This document shows, piece by piece, positions 10,493-22,803 of a DNA stretch of 64,000 nucleotides; the stretch's first letter is position 1; every line of letters begins with the position of its first letter. This DNA is from an uncultured Gemmatimonadaceae bacterium (GTDB lineage: Bacteria > Gemmatimonadota > Gemmatimonadetes > Gemmatimonadales > Gemmatimonadaceae). The translations under genes and the position numbers were made by a program. The notes beneath the pieces were generated by a model. That model saw only the letters and a program-made list of their open reading frames with translations. It was not told where the DNA came from and made no database searches. Location of the stretch: positions 480,001 through 544,000 of the forward strand of contig CAWAGQ010000013.1 of the NCBI GenBank assembly GCA_963781585.1, written 5' to 3'.

Positions 10493-10577
10493 CCGCGGAG
10501 AGGCACGCGTCGTGGGAGACCTGCTCGCGCATTCCGGGGACTCGGGCCAGCTTGCGCAACGGCAACGAGCGAACGGG

Positions 10578-12536
10578 TCACACCGCCCGCGCCGCCGCAC
10601 CGCGCCGCAACATCCATCGGTAGAGCCACAGGACAGCCCCGCCGAAGCCCAGCAACCCGAGCCAGGGCGCCGCAGCGAACGACTCCGGAACGAGGCCGAC
10701 CGGCGCGTCGTTCGATGTCGCCACGATGAGCCCCGCGTTGATCACGCCCCAAAGACTCTCGCCGACGATCAGTCCCGAAGCCACCAGTGTCCCCAGCCGC
10801 TCCGTGCGATCGGGGTTGGGTGTTCCCCTGGCGCGACGGCGGAACCAGTGGCCGATCACCGCGCCGACGATCACCGCAAACGTCGCCGACATCGGCAGGT
10901 AGATCCCGATTCCGACGGCGAGCGGGGGAATCCGCATTTTCTTCATCGCGCCGAGCGCCGAGTCGAGCAGAATCATCGTCACGCCGATGACGGCGCCGAT
11001 GCCGATCATCTGCCAGTCCAGCGCGCCACCGATCACTCCCTGCGCGAGCGCCGAAATGAGCGTCGCCTGCGGTGCCGGCAACGGGTTTGGCGCCACCACG
11101 CCGACGTTGGCGGCTCCGGCGAATCCATACGCCTTCGCGAGCAGGTTGAGCACCGAGGGGATCACCGCGGCACCGGCCGCCACACCGACGATGAGCGCGA
11201 CCTGCTGGCGCATCGGCGAGGCACCGACGAGCTGGCCCGTCTTCAAATCCTGGAGGTTGTCGTTGGAGATCGTGGCGCAGGCGAAAACGATCGCGGTGAC
11301 GAAGAGCGCGAACGCGACGAGCGCGGGCCGCGTCGCCTCGTCAGGCGGAACCGCGAGCACCAGAAGCGACGCGCAGATCACGATCGACAGGATGCCGACG
11401 CCCGACACCGGGCTGTTCGACGCCCCGATCAGCCCCGCCATGTAGCCGCAGATGCCCGCGATCAGGAAGCCCACCAGCAGCACGAACGGCACCGCGACCA
11501 GCGTGAGCCGCGCGGCGCTTGCCGCCAGCGGCGTGGACCGCGCGAACGTGTACGCGAGCACGCCGGCCATCGCCAGGCACGCGACCGTCAGCGCGAGGAT
11601 CCACGATGGACCGATGTCGCGATCGAGGTCGTCGGCGCGAGTCGCGGCGCGAGACGCGGCGAGCGTGCTCACGAGGCCGCCGACGACCGGCTTGGCGAGC
11701 GTGGCGAGGGTGTAGATCGCCGCGATGCCGATCGTGCCGGCCCCGATGAATCGCACCTGCCTGCTCCAGATCGTCGCCGTGTGGGCGGCCAGCGTCACCC
11801 CCTGGGCGGCGGGGTGCAGTGCGGTGAGGATCGGTACCGCGGCGCCCCAGGCAATGATCATTCCCACCAGGAACGCGACGCCCACCGAAAGGCCGACCAG
11901 GTGTCCCGCGCCGAGCAGCGCGAGCGACCACGCGATGTCGTAGCCGCTGGAGGCACTCGCGCCGAGACCCAGGAAGCCGCTCACTTCCGCCGCGGCGATG
12001 CGCGTCGCGGTGAGAATCGCCAGGCCGCCGGACGCGACCGAGCCGAGGATGACGGCGACAAGCCCTTCGCGGGCCTCACCCGTTTCGTCCTTGACCTCTC
12101 CGCGCGCACCCGATCCGACCTTGAGCACCTCGGCCGCCGCAACGCCCTCCGGATAGGGGAGGTCGGACGTGGTGACGAGCGCGCGACGCAGCGGAATCGT
12201 GAACAGCACGCCCAGCACGCCACCGCTCACGCAGATCAGGAACGACTGCCAGAACGGAAAGCTGGTCCACCAGCCGACGATGACGAGTCCGGGGAGGACG
12301 AAGATGATCGCCGAAAGGGTCCCGGCCGCGGAGGCGACGGTCTGGACGATGTTGTTCTCGAGGATCGACGAGTCCTTGACGGCGCTCAGCACGGCCATCG
12401 AGATGACCGCCGCCGGGATCGACGAGGCGAAGGTGAGCCCGACCTTGAGCCCGAGGTAGATGTTGGCGGCGGTGAACCCGGTGGTGATCAGCGCGCCGAG
12501 GACCAGGCCGCGGAGCGTGAGTTCTCTGGGCGTCAT
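10578..12536 (-). CDS. OPT family oligopeptide transporter
   Basis: ELTLRG, YLGLKVGLT, ENNIVQT, NDNLQDLKTG, LPAPQA. Confidence 0.93.
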   Translation of the reverse strand: MTPRELTLRGLVLGALITTGFTAANIYLGLKVGLTFASSIPAAVISMAVLSAVKDSSILENNIVQTVASAAGTLSAIIFVLPGLVIVGWWTSFPFWQSFLICVSGGVLGVLFTIPLRRALVTTSDLPYPEGVAAAEVLKVGSGARGEVKDETGEAREGLVAVILGSVASGGLAILTATRIAAAEVSGFLGLGASASSGYDIAWSLALLGAGHLVGLSVGVAFLVGMIIAWGAAVPILTALHPAAQGVTLAAHTATIWSRQVRFIGAGTIGIAAIYTLATLAKPVVGGLVSTLAASRAATRADDLDRDIGPSWILALTVACLAMAGVLAYTFARSTPLAASAARLTLVAVPFVLLVGFLIAGICGYMAGLIGASNSPVSGVGILSIVICASLLVLAVPPDEATRPALVAFALFVTAIVFACATISNDNLQDLKTGQLVGASPMRQQVALIVGVAAGAAVIPSVLNLLAKAYGFAGAANVGVVAPNPLPAPQATLISALAQGVIGGALDWQMIGIGAVIGVTMILLDSALGAMKKMRIPPLAVGIGIYLPMSATFAVIVGAVIGHWFRRRARGTPNPDRTERLGTLVASGLIVGESLWGVINAGLIVATSNDAPVGLVPESFAAAPWLGLLGFGGAVLWLYRWMLRRGAAARAV

Positions 12537-12542
12537 TTGTCC

Positions 12543-13412
12543 TCACGATTGCAGAACGCCGCCGGCTTCGTGACGATCGCGTGGCCGGCCAGCGCCTGCG
12601 CGAACGCGCTCGCGGTTTCGAACCGATCGGCCGACAGTTTCTTCAGCGCGGTCATCACCGCTGCCGCCACGTTCGGCGGCACCGCCCTTTCGCAGCTCGC
12701 TCACCGGCCGAGGCGTGTCTGCGATAATTCGCATCATCGTCTGCTGCGCCGACCCGCCCTCGTGTGGCGGCACACCCGCCAGCATTTCGTACAGCACTGA
12801 CGCGAGCGAGTAGACGTCGCTGCGCGCCGTGATGTCTTTCTCCGCTGTCGCCTGCTCGGGGCTCATGTAGTGCGGCGTCCCTAACGAGAGCCCGGTCTCG
12901 GTCATCCGCCCGCCCGCCGCCGCACTCACCGCCAGCGCAATGCCAAAGTCCATCACCATCGCCCGCCCGTCGTGCAGCAGGATGTTCTTCGGCTTGATGT
13001 CTCGGTGGATCACCCCGTGCCGGTGCTCGTAGTCCAGCGCGTCCGCCACCTCGGTCGTGATCTTTACGGCCTCGTCGATCCCGAACTGCGTCTCCCGGTT
13101 CAGCTTCTCCCGGATCGTCTCCCCTTCGATGAAGGGCATGACGTAGTAGAGGAACCGGCCCGCCTCGCCCGAGTCGAACAGCGGGAGGATGTGCGGATGG
13201 CTCAGCGCCGCGGTGGTCTTGATCTCCTGCACGAAGCGCTCGGCGCCTAACACCGCCGCAAGCTCGGGCTTCAGGACCTTGATGGCGACCTTCCGGTCGT
13301 GCTTGAGGTCCGCGGCGAGATACACGGTCGCCATGCCGCCCGCGCCCAGCTCCCGCTCGATGCGATATCGGTCCGCGAGGGCCGCGGACAGACGGTCGGT
13401 GGGATCAGCCAT
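12543..13412 (-). pseudogene. Truncated, frameshifted Ser/Thr kinase
   Basis: Kinase domain only, with HRDIKPKN (E>K); extra G near 12686 breaks 'ELRK-AVPPNVAAAVMTALKKLSADRF'; no C-terminal sensor domain. Confidence 0.75.
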
Positions 13413-13530
13413 GTGGCGCCAACATGCAGGAGCGCATGGCAAGGAGCAAGGCGACGGGAGACGAGGCCGTCGCTTCCACGGGCGTCTCATCCCCTTCTCA
13501 CCACGCCGCGATTCAGGCGAGATTCCGCGA

Positions 13531-15769
13531 ATGATCCCATTACCTTGGACCTTCCGAACTGCCGGTGTCGTCTTCGTGCTTGGCAGCGTTCTCGCGGCCA
13601 TGCACCAAGCGCCGACGGCGCGCCCCGTGGACCTCGCCGCCGCGCGTGCCCTGTTAACACGCGTGGTGCCTGGCAACGCCCACGCGTTCGAGGTCGCGGC
13701 GATTCCCGACAGCGCCGGCCGCGACGTGTTCGAGGTGGAGAGCCGTGGCTCGAGCGTGATCCTCCGCGGTTCGTCCGGTGTGGCCATCGCCTCGGCGCTC
13801 AACTGGTATCTGGAGCATGTGGCCGGCGTGAACGCCTCGCTCCCACTGAAACCGATCACGCTTCCCACCTCTCTTCCACGTGTGCCGGCCAAAGTGCGGG
13901 TCGCGACGCCGTACAATGTCCGCTACTTCTTCAACTACTGCACCTTTTCCTACTCCATGGCATGGTGGCGCTGGAGCGACTGGCAGTCGATGATCGACTG
14001 GATGGCGCTCAAGGGGATCAACGCGCCGCTCGCCGTCACCGGCCAGGAAGCCGTGTGGCGGCTCGTCCTCGAGGACTTCGGATTCAGCCGAAAACAGGTC
14101 GCTGACTTCCTGGTGGGGCCGGCCTATCTGCCGTGGGGCTGGATGGCCAACATCGACGGCCTGGGCGGCCCGCTCCCGGACAGCTGGATCGACAGCCACG
14201 TCGAGCTGGAGCGTCAGATTCTCGCGCGTGAGCGCTCGCTCGGCATGACGCCGGTGCTGCAGGGCTTCACCGGCCACGTGCCGCAGTCGATCACGCAGGT
14301 CATTCCCGGTGCACGCATCCACCAGACCGGCGACTGGTCGGCGGGATTTTCCGGCACCTGGTTCCTCGACCCGCACGATTCGCTCTTCCAGCGCATGGGA
14401 CGGCGGTTCATCGAGCGGCAGACGGAATTGTTCGGCACCGACCACCTCTACGCGGCCGATCCGTTCAACGAGATCAATCCGCCGTCGAATGACTCGACTT
14501 TCCTGGCCGGGATGGGCGGGGCGATCTACGACGCCATGCGTTCGGCCGATTCCAGCGCGACCTGGGTGATCCAGGCGTGGTTCCTCGTGTACGGCGCAAA
14601 GTTCTGGCAGGATCCGCAGGCGGAGGCGCTGCTCGGCGCGGTGCCTGACGAGCGAATGCTGGTGCTGGACCTCTGGGGTGACCGATCGCCGGGATGGAAG
14701 GCGCGCCGCGGTTTCTACGGCAAGCCGTGGATCTGGAACGTGCTGTACAACTTCGGTGGCAAGGTCAGCGTCAACGGCGACCTGCCACGGATCGCCGCCA
14801 ATCTCGACAGCGCGATCCGGAGCCCGGACAAGGGACGCATGGAAGGTCTCGGGATGACGATGGAGGGGCTGGGCACCAATCCGATCGTCCCCGATTTCGT
14901 GATGGACCAGGTGTGGCGCGACAGCGTCCCCGATGTGGCGGCGTGGACGCACGAATACATCGCGCGCCGCTACGGGCGGTTCAATGCGTCCGCGTGGAAC
15001 GCCTGGCAGCTATTGCTCGCCACCGCGTTCCGCTCGCCGGCCCAGACCGGGAACTTCCTGGCCGAGCGGCCGCAGTTCTATATGAAGGGGCGCGCGTACC
15101 GGACCGAGCCGATCGCCCCTTACGACCACCGGATCCTGGACCGCGCCCTGGATTCGCTGCTCGCGGCCGCGCGGGTGCTCGGGGCCAGCGACGCCTATCG
15201 CTACGACGTGGTGAATCTGACACGGCAGGTGCTCGGGCCAGCTGGGACTGCCGCTCGTCAATCGCGTGCAGGAGGCGTACGAGCGGAAGGACCGGTCGGC
15301 ACTGATGGCGGCGGAGGGACAGATCAGGTCACTGCTCCGCGATATCGACACGCTGGTGGGGACGCGGCCGGAGTTCCTGCTGGGACGCTGGATTGCAGAC
15401 GCGAAGCGCTGGGGAACGACGGACGCGGAGCGGCGCCTCTACGAGTGGAATGCCCGCAACATCATCACCCTGTGGGGCACCAAGTGCACCGAAGGTCAGA
15501 ATGACGACCTGAATCTCTACGCGTTCAAGGAGTGGGAGGGGATGTTCACCTCGTACTTCCTGCCGCGGTGGGAGGCGTTCTTCAAGCAGCTGAACGCGTC
15601 GCTCGAGACCGGCGCGCCCTTCGATCGCGCGCCGTTCGCCGCGGCGTCGTGCGAATGGGAGCAGCGGTGGTCACGTGATACGAGCACGTTTCGTACCGAG
15701 CCAGTGGGCGACGCTGTGGAGACGGCGCGGGGGCTCCTGCACACGTGGCGCGCCGAGCTTCCGCGTTAG
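13531..15769 (+). pseudogene. Alpha-N-acetylglucosaminidase (GH89), frameshifted (possibly a sequencing error)
   Basis: RYFFNYCTFSYS, DWMALKGIN, GPAYLPWGWM, DPFNE; +1 G at ~15236 (RQVLG|QLGLPLV) joins ORF ending YEWNARNIITLW...15769. Confidence 0.8.
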
Positions 15770-15790
15770 GCGTGCACGCCAACGCCCGCG

Positions 15791-16909
15791 TCAGTGAATC
15801 GACGTCGGCTCGGCGACCGAGCGGTCGAAGTGGTTTTTCGTCAGGTCGAGCGGGTCGGCACGCAGGGCGATGACGCCGTAGTGCTCGTTGCTGATCTGGT
15901 TGCCGGAGATGACGGTGCCACGAATCGGGACGACGGCGCTGAAGATGCTGATTCCGGCCGGGTGCTTGTCGGCCGGATTCAGGACGTCGGTGCCGTTGTC
16001 CGCGAGGATATTGTCCTTCAGGACGTTGCCATCCAGGTTCTGAAAGGGAGCGTGCCCGTGGATCATGAGGCCCGCATACAGGTTCCCGGTGGACGTGTTC
16101 CCTTCCACGAGGTTCCCCCACGCCGCCGATCCGGGGCTTGCGGCAAAAATGCCGATCCCGGCGCCCCCGCTGGCGGACACCGTGTTTCGCACCACGACGA
16201 TGCGATAGACGCCGCCCACCTCAGGTGCCGCCGCGGCCGTGGTATCGATCCAGTGTGAGGCCAGCGTGATACCGCAGTCCTTCGGGTTGTCGGCAATGAT
16301 GTTCTCACTGATCGTGTCGTCCGCGACGGGGCCATCTTCGTCCGTCAGCAGGATGCCGCCGAGGTTGTGCCGTATCGTGTTGCCGCGCACGACCGCGCCG
16401 GTCACCGTCTGCAGGTGGATCGCCTCGCCGCAATCCGATTGGTGCTTGGTACACAGCGGGTTGTCGATCCCGTACGCGTCATTGTCCTCGAGGATGTTGT
16501 TCTCAACTGTCACGTGCGAAGTCTTCAGGACGGAGATTCCTTCGAGACCCGCGTTCCGGATCGTGAACCCGGTGACCTTCGTTCCCGCCCCGCTGTCGCC
16601 GGTGACCAGGAAGCCGTTGGGCGGCGATGCCTGTCCCCCGGCGTCGATCGTGGCATGATGGCCGAGCAGCGCCAGGCGCTTCGACACCACGACGGCCTCG
16701 TGGTACGTCCCGCTGTCCACGGAGATCGTATCGCCGGGGGTCGCCTGGCGCACCGCGTAGGCAATCGTGCGGCAGGACGCCGCCTTGCAGTCGCCGGCGT
16801 CCTTTCCGGATGCCGCGACGCGCCGACCGGGAGTGCGGCCGGCGCATGCCCCGATACTCATGAGAGAGCACAACGTGGCAAGCGCGGGAAGCGATCGGCG
16901 GTACGGCAT
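15791..16909 (-). CDS. Secreted/lipoprotein with right-handed beta-helix repeats
   Basis: Signal-like N-terminus; GDTISVDSGTYHE; repeated N-x-I-x-x-N beta-helix pattern. Confidence 0.8.
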   Translation of the reverse strand: MPYRRSLPALATLCSLMSIGACAGRTPGRRVAASGKDAGDCKAASCRTIAYAVRQATPGDTISVDSGTYHEAVVVSKRLALLGHHATIDAGGQASPPNGFLVTGDSGAGTKVTGFTIRNAGLEGISVLKTSHVTVENNILEDNDAYGIDNPLCTKHQSDCGEAIHLQTVTGAVVRGNTIRHNLGGILLTDEDGPVADDTISENIIADNPKDCGITLASHWIDTTAAAAPEVGGVYRIVVVRNTVSASGGAGIGIFAASPGSAAWGNLVEGNTSTGNLYAGLMIHGHAPFQNLDGNVLKDNILADNGTDVLNPADKHPAGISIFSAVVPIRGTVISGNQISNEHYGVIALRADPLDLTKNHFDRSVAEPTSIH

Positions 16910-17049
16910 GCGGGTCCCCGTGTGGAGGGCGCGGGAGGATGGCCGGCGTGGGGCGGAATGTCAACCGCTTCGTCTAACAGCATCGGTCGGCCGAGCAGGT
17001 CGCCGACGGCGGCAGCGCCGGCTGGCGCGAAGCGCCGGCAGCTTCGGCG

Positions 17050-17345
17050 TCACGTCCTCGCCTTCGAGTTCAGCAACGTCAGGAAGTCCTCGACATGCAC
17101 GAGCTGACCGGGCGTGCCAGAGCCATTCACGCGGACCATCAGGAATCGCTGGTCATCGGGAGCAACGTCGTACATCCGGTGGGTTCACGGCACTCACGTA
17201 CGGCTCCGCGGAGAAGAGCGGCCTCGGCGTGCCTGACGTGAATGTGGCCTCGGTCCCGACGACGACGGACATGAGCATGCCATCGCCGCTCTTGTAGAAC
17301 AGTTCCCGCCCGCTGCGCGCCCATCGCGGCTCGGTGCCTCCGTTG
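17050..17345 (-). pseudogene. C-terminal beta-propeller (PD40-like) remnant of a Ser/Thr kinase
   Basis: NGGTEPRWARSGRELFYKS...TPRPLF, frameshift near 17183, then YDVAPDDQRFLMVR...LVHVEDFLTLLNSKART*. Confidence 0.65.
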
Positions 17346-17362
17346 CACCTCGGTGGCGAGCT

Positions 17363-17908
17363 TCACACCCTGTCGCGCGCGGCGCCGCGTTCCTCCAGGT
17401 AGAGCGCGGTCCCGATGATCGCGCCCGCGAGCGCGTTCGCGAGCAGTACGCGCGGGAGGCCCAGCACGTCGATGGCGACGGGCGTGCCGGCGTACCAGCG
17501 GAGCACGTACAGCAGCCCCGTGCACACAATGCTGGTATAGGCAACACCGCCGGCGAGGCTCTTCCAGAAGGCCGAGGCGTTCAGAATGAAGGCGGCGGTT
17601 GCGCCGACTGCCGCGAAGGTCAGCAGATGCAGGACGGTGTAGCCGAGGACTTGGAGGACGAGCACGACGAACGACTGCACCTGGCTGATCATCCCCGGAC
17701 TGTTTCCTGCTCCGCCGAACAGCGCCGACGCGAGAGCCGTCGGGATGACGAGCGGCTGCAGCCTGAGCGCTCCCTCCACGAAGAAGAGGCCCGCGACCGC
17801 GGCCGCGGCGAGGAGCCCGCCCGCGACACCCGCCTGAACGCGATGCGCGACTCGCATGGCACTGTGGCGCAGGCGGCTCGCTGCGGTCCGATCAGGTCCG
17901 TCGCTCAT
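17363..17908 (-). CDS. Hypothetical membrane protein
   Basis: About four hydrophobic segments; YTVLHLLTF; start uncertain. Confidence 0.6.
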   Translation of the reverse strand: MSDGPDRTAASRLRHSAMRVAHRVQAGVAGGLLAAAAVAGLFFVEGALRLQPLVIPTALASALFGGAGNSPGMISQVQSFVVLVLQVLGYTVLHLLTFAAVGATAAFILNASAFWKSLAGGVAYTSIVCTGLLYVLRWYAGTPVAIDVLGLPRVLLANALAGAIIGTALYLEERGAARDRV

Positions 17909-18332
17909 CGAGCGCTCCGGTTTGGGGTGTGAAGGAGGTGGCAACTCTCTGTGCGTTCATTGGCCGTCGGTGGCGAGGCATTTCAGGAGCGCGCCGACTT
18001 TCGTGGGAGATGAGTCATAGGGCGAGGTCAACATGCCGGGGACGCACAGGTGCTCCCATGCACTGGCGGAGCACGAATGACCGAATTCCGTTGGGTCCGT
18101 AGACGTTTTCGCACCTGAAGGTGCGCACCGTGCGGCAGGCGCGTCAGGTGCGATCCGGAGGGATTGGCGCCGACGATCCCTGTTCTGTCGGAACGGTCGT
18201 CCGGCGGGCCTCGGTTCACGATGGTGCGCACCACTCTTACGCGCTCGCGCAGCGTCGGAGCGCGGTGTCTGCCTGACGAGCGACCAGGTGCTCGGATCAG
18301 TGGCGCCCGCGCCCCTGGCCACACTGACCTCC

Positions 18333-18848
18333 TCAGTTACCAGCTGGCTCGAGATTGGAGAAGTGCGAGTGGACGATCTTCCAGCCGCCATCCCGCTTCT
18401 CCAGCACGAGCGTAACTACGGCCGGCGGAGTCGGCTGGAACTGCGCCGCGATGTCCTTGGGAGTGTCGGCGGGAAGGATCGTCGTGGTGTAGCGATAGAA
18501 GCTCGCCACCGCCACCGACCCGTTGCCGTAGAGCTTGATCAGTCGGTCGCGGTCCTCCGTGAAGGTCCGGATTCCGGGAACGAGCTTCTTGAGTTGATCC
18601 ATTCCCGCCTGTTGAATCCGCATGTTCGCCGCCTGGTCGGTGCGACGCCCGGCTCCATTGCCGATCCAGACGCGGTCGGCGGTCATCAGCTGTGCCTGGC
18701 CGCTCATGTCCATCCCATCTTCGAGAGCGCCGTAGTGATCGATCAGCTGATTCACCGCGTCGATGTCCGCCTGACGCTGCGCGTTGGCGAGTGTCGGAGC
18801 ACCGAACCCCAGGACCACGGCCAGGGCACTATGCAGGATCGTTCTCAT
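18333..18848 (-). CDS. Secreted SnoaL/NTF2-like protein
   Basis: Signal peptide MRTILHSALAVVLGFGAPTLANA; TLVLEKRDGGWKIVHSHFS; GGAG RBS. Confidence 0.8.
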   Translation of the reverse strand: MRTILHSALAVVLGFGAPTLANAQRQADIDAVNQLIDHYGALEDGMDMSGQAQLMTADRVWIGNGAGRRTDQAANMRIQQAGMDQLKKLVPGIRTFTEDRDRLIKLYGNGSVAVASFYRYTTTILPADTPKDIAAQFQPTPPAVVTLVLEKRDGGWKIVHSHFSNLEPAGN

Positions 18849-19049
18849 GGACTTCTCCTCCGCCGTTGAGGGTTGGTTGAGTACATCCTGGAATGGGTGC
18901 TGCGGCTGGCCTCTGGCGCGCGCGTACGACGCCCCGGACCCCTGGCCCGCCGGTTTCCGTGTTCGCTGCGCTCTCGAACGTGCGTATCGACGGCGCGAAG
19001 CCAGTGCGCGGGCTAACCGGTTGACGCGCGGCACCGCTCTCGCGGCTAT

Positions 19050-19124
19050 CGGTCGCCCGACCTCGTGCTCGATGCGGTGGCGGTTGGCCAGGACGGCGGC
19101 GAGGCGGGTAGCGATCTCACCCAT
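19050..19124 (-). pseudogene. N-terminal remnant of Ser/Thr kinase
   Basis: MGEIATRLAAVLANRHRIEHEVGR aligns with MADPTDRLSAALADRYRIERELG of the kinase at 13412. Confidence 0.5.
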
Positions 19125-19291
19125 CTTGCCCAACATACGGCGCCTCTCGCGCAATGTCGAACCGAGGGCCTCGCCTTTGTCCGATTGGTGGGTGCTCGGA
19201 TCACCGTTGCCAACGCCGATGAGTCGGCCGCTGCCGGTGACAATCGCGTGATCATCGCGCTCTTCCGGATGTGCGGCGAGGCGCGGCCCAC

Positions 19292-19338
19292 AAAAACGGT
19301 CGAGGTCCAGCGTGCTCCCTTGTGCACGCTGGACCTCG
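19292..19338 (-). terminator. Intrinsic terminator
   Basis: Perfect 15-bp stem 19301-19315/19324-19338, 8-nt loop, TTTTT on minus strand 4 nt after the stem. Confidence 0.8.
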
Positions 19339-19391
19339 CCTTCTAAATGACCGATCGGCGCAGATGCGTCGGTCAGCCGACTAATGAAGCG

Positions 19392-19436
19392 CTAGCGGCT
19401 TCCGGCGATCCACGCCGTAGTAGGGTCACTGGACAC
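19392..19436 (-). CDS. 14-aa micropeptide MSSDPTTAWIAGSR
   Basis: GTG directly after AAGGAGGTGATCCA; TAG stop; flanked by promoter and terminator. Confidence 0.55.
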   Translation of the reverse strand: MSSDPTTAWIAGSR

Positions 19437-19479
19437 TGGATCACCTCCTTGTTGTAGGGTGGAAGCGAAAGGGCGTTTC

Positions 19480-19508
19480 ACGATACAACGGCGACACGCC
19501 GGTCTCAA
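19480..19508 (-). promoter_or_regulatory. Sigma70-type promoter TTGAGA-N17-TATCGT
   Basis: Minus-strand hexamers at 19503-19508 and 19480-19485 with 17-nt spacing. Confidence 0.6.
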
Positions 19509-19543
19509 CCCGGGTACAGCCTTGGGGGCGGCGGCCGCCCGTT

Positions 19544-20530
<987 letters not shown>

Positions 20531-20700
20531 TGCGACCTCCATACGAACGTTGACGTCCCGCGTCGAGCGCGACGTCCCTGGTTCCGATTCCCCGCGCTGC
20601 GATTCGACTACTTCGGCGCGGGCCCCGCGATCCACCGCGGCGGGCGATCGATGCACCCTGTGTGACGTTAGAGGACGCGCAGTCCGCGAGGTACCCCCGG

Positions 20701-22326
20701 TCAGCGCTCCATGAGCGGCGGTGTCTCGCGGAAGCTGCGCGTCCGGCTGAGCACGACGAACAGCGTCGCGAGCCCCAGATACGCCACCGCCCAGTGGTAT
20801 GGCAGACGCGACGATGTCTCCCATGGCAGATAGATGTTTGCGGCCGGCATCACCGAGTGAATGAACCCGAAGAAGGACAGCGTGGCGCAGGCGACGAGAA
20901 TGGCCGCCGCTCGCGCGATCTGGCGGTCGATCAGGAAGGCGAGCGCCCCGCCCCAGAGCAGCGCGGTGAGAATGAACCCGTTGGCGAGCATGACCACTAC
21001 CCCACAGGTCTGAATGAAATCGGGGTTGGTGATCCCGCTTGCGGCCATGGCCCCCGCCGGGTCGAGCGCCGCCGACATCAGGGCGCCGTTGTGCACCTGG
21101 GAGAGGAAGATCGAGACCAGGTACGCCACCGACGGCATCACGGCCAGGGTGACGGCCGCGACGTGACGCCGGGGTGACGCCAGGAAACTCTGACCGGTGA
21201 TCTCGAGGCCGATGAAGAAGAGCACCGGGGCGAGGGCGGGTCGGGGCAGGGCGCCGGCCAGAAAGGCGATGTATCCGAAGATCCCGCCGAGGCCAATCAC
21301 GAGGCCGGTCGCGAGCGTGTAGGCGGCCCGGCCGCCCATGTCCTTGTACGCCGGGTGGCCGATGTACGGCGTGGTCTGGCTGATGCCGCCGCACACCCCG
21401 GCCAGCAACGTCGCCACCGCCTCGGTGAGGAGGATGTCGCGGGTGCGATAGTCGTCTCCGGCCACGCGCGCGCTTTCCGTGACGTCGATACCGCCCACGA
21501 TCGTCAGCACCGCAAACGGCAGCGCCAGCGGCAGATACTGGGTCACCGCGAGATGGAATCCCGAGAGAAAGCCGAGCGTGGGCATGGGAAACGCGAGCGG
21601 GAACGTTGCCGCCGGAATCGACACCGGGTGGGTGGACAGGCCCGCCACCCCCATGCCGTAGTACAACAGGGCCCCCACCACTACCGCGGCCAGGACCTGC
21701 GGGGCGCGGAACGGCAGCCTGATCTTCGCCACCAGCGCGTAGAGAATGATGCCTAACGCGATCATCCCCACCACCGGTTCGCTGTAGATTTCGGTCAGCT
21801 GCAGCGTGCCCAGGAGCGCGATCCCCACGCCACCGATCGAACCCAGCAGACCGGCGCGCGGAATCCAGCGTCGCAGGCGTTCCCCCACGAACGCCATGCC
21901 AAGCTTGAAGAGGCCGATCACGACCATCGTCGCCATGCCCACCTGCCAGGCGAGCACCGCGGCGTCCGCCTCGGCCATCCGGGTCTTCGCCGCGACGAAC
22001 GCCGGGCCGAGCACCGCGAACGCCATGCCGATGGTGGACGGCGTGTCGGTCCCCAGCGGCATGGCGGTGACATCGTCGCGGCCGGTACGTCTGGCCAGCC
22101 GGAACGCCAGCCAGGTGTAGACCAGGTCGCCGAACATCACGCCCAGCGCGGTGCCGGGAAACATCCGCCGGTACACCAGATCGGCCGGGAAGCCGAACCC
22201 GGCCACCAGAATCCCGGCGAGGATCGCCAGGTTGACGATGTTGTCGAGGATGAGCCCGAAGAAGGCGTTGACGTCGCCTAACGTGGCCCATCGATACACG
22301 GGCCGGGGAGCGGCGGTGGCGGTCAT
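20701..22326 (-). CDS. Polytopic permease (NCS2/AzgA-like)
   Basis: [38 protein letters not shown]; many TM segments. Confidence 0.75.
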   Translation of the reverse strand: MTATAAPRPVYRWATLGDVNAFFGLILDNIVNLAILAGILVAGFGFPADLVYRRMFPGTALGVMFGDLVYTWLAFRLARRTGRDDVTAMPLGTDTPSTIGMAFAVLGPAFVAAKTRMAEADAAVLAWQVGMATMVVIGLFKLGMAFVGERLRRWIPRAGLLGSIGGVGIALLGTLQLTEIYSEPVVGMIALGIILYALVAKIRLPFRAPQVLAAVVVGALLYYGMGVAGLSTHPVSIPAATFPLAFPMPTLGFLSGFHLAVTQYLPLALPFAVLTIVGGIDVTESARVAGDDYRTRDILLTEAVATLLAGVCGGISQTTPYIGHPAYKDMGGRAAYTLATGLVIGLGGIFGYIAFLAGALPRPALAPVLFFIGLEITGQSFLASPRRHVAAVTLAVMPSVAYLVSIFLSQVHNGALMSAALDPAGAMAASGITNPDFIQTCGVVVMLANGFILTALLWGGALAFLIDRQIARAAAILVACATLSFFGFIHSVMPAANIYLPWETSSRLPYHWAVAYLGLATLFVVLSRTRSFRETPPLMER

Positions 22327-22374
22327 CGCGCGCCGGCGGCCCTCGGCGACCTCGCGATCCGGCCCTTCACCGCA

Positions 22375-22647
22375 TCATGGCGTATCGGTGTTGTCGATGT
22401 CGCGCACGATCTTCCAGGTCCCGTCGGGCTGACGCTTCCACACGGTGAGGTATTTGCCCTTCTCCGGCGTCGGCTTGCCCTTCTTCGGTACCATCGTGAG
22501 CTGATAGCTTCCCGTCTCGACGGCCAGGTCACCGGCCACCATCAGGTCGTTGGTGGTTGCCTTCATGTCGGTGATCGTGCCGGCCGCCATCATCTCGACG
22601 AAGCCGTGCATCACCTCCGACGAGGGCACCGGACCGGACGACCACAA
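22375..22647 (-). pseudogene. N-terminally truncated DUF4440/YybH-like protein
   Basis: GDLAVETGSY...GKYLTVWKRQPDGTWKIVRDI; N-terminus not found in frame. Confidence 0.55.
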
Positions 22648-22803
22648 CCATCGGGAGCGCGGCCAGCAATGATGCCCTCGTGCGCATGATGGGTCCCTCG
22701 CTTCAGCTTGATGTGGGGGAGCGGATGCCGGGCAGCGATCGGCGCGGCGCCCGACTGGAGGGGCCGCGCCGTCACGAACAGAATGTTGCCGGGAGCCGCG
22801 GGG

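Noticed and set aside
19436..19450. 16S rRNA gene fragment (CTGGATCACCTCCTT)
   Set aside because: Only 15 nt match with no other rRNA sequence around it; better read as an extended Shine-Dalgarno on the minus strand.
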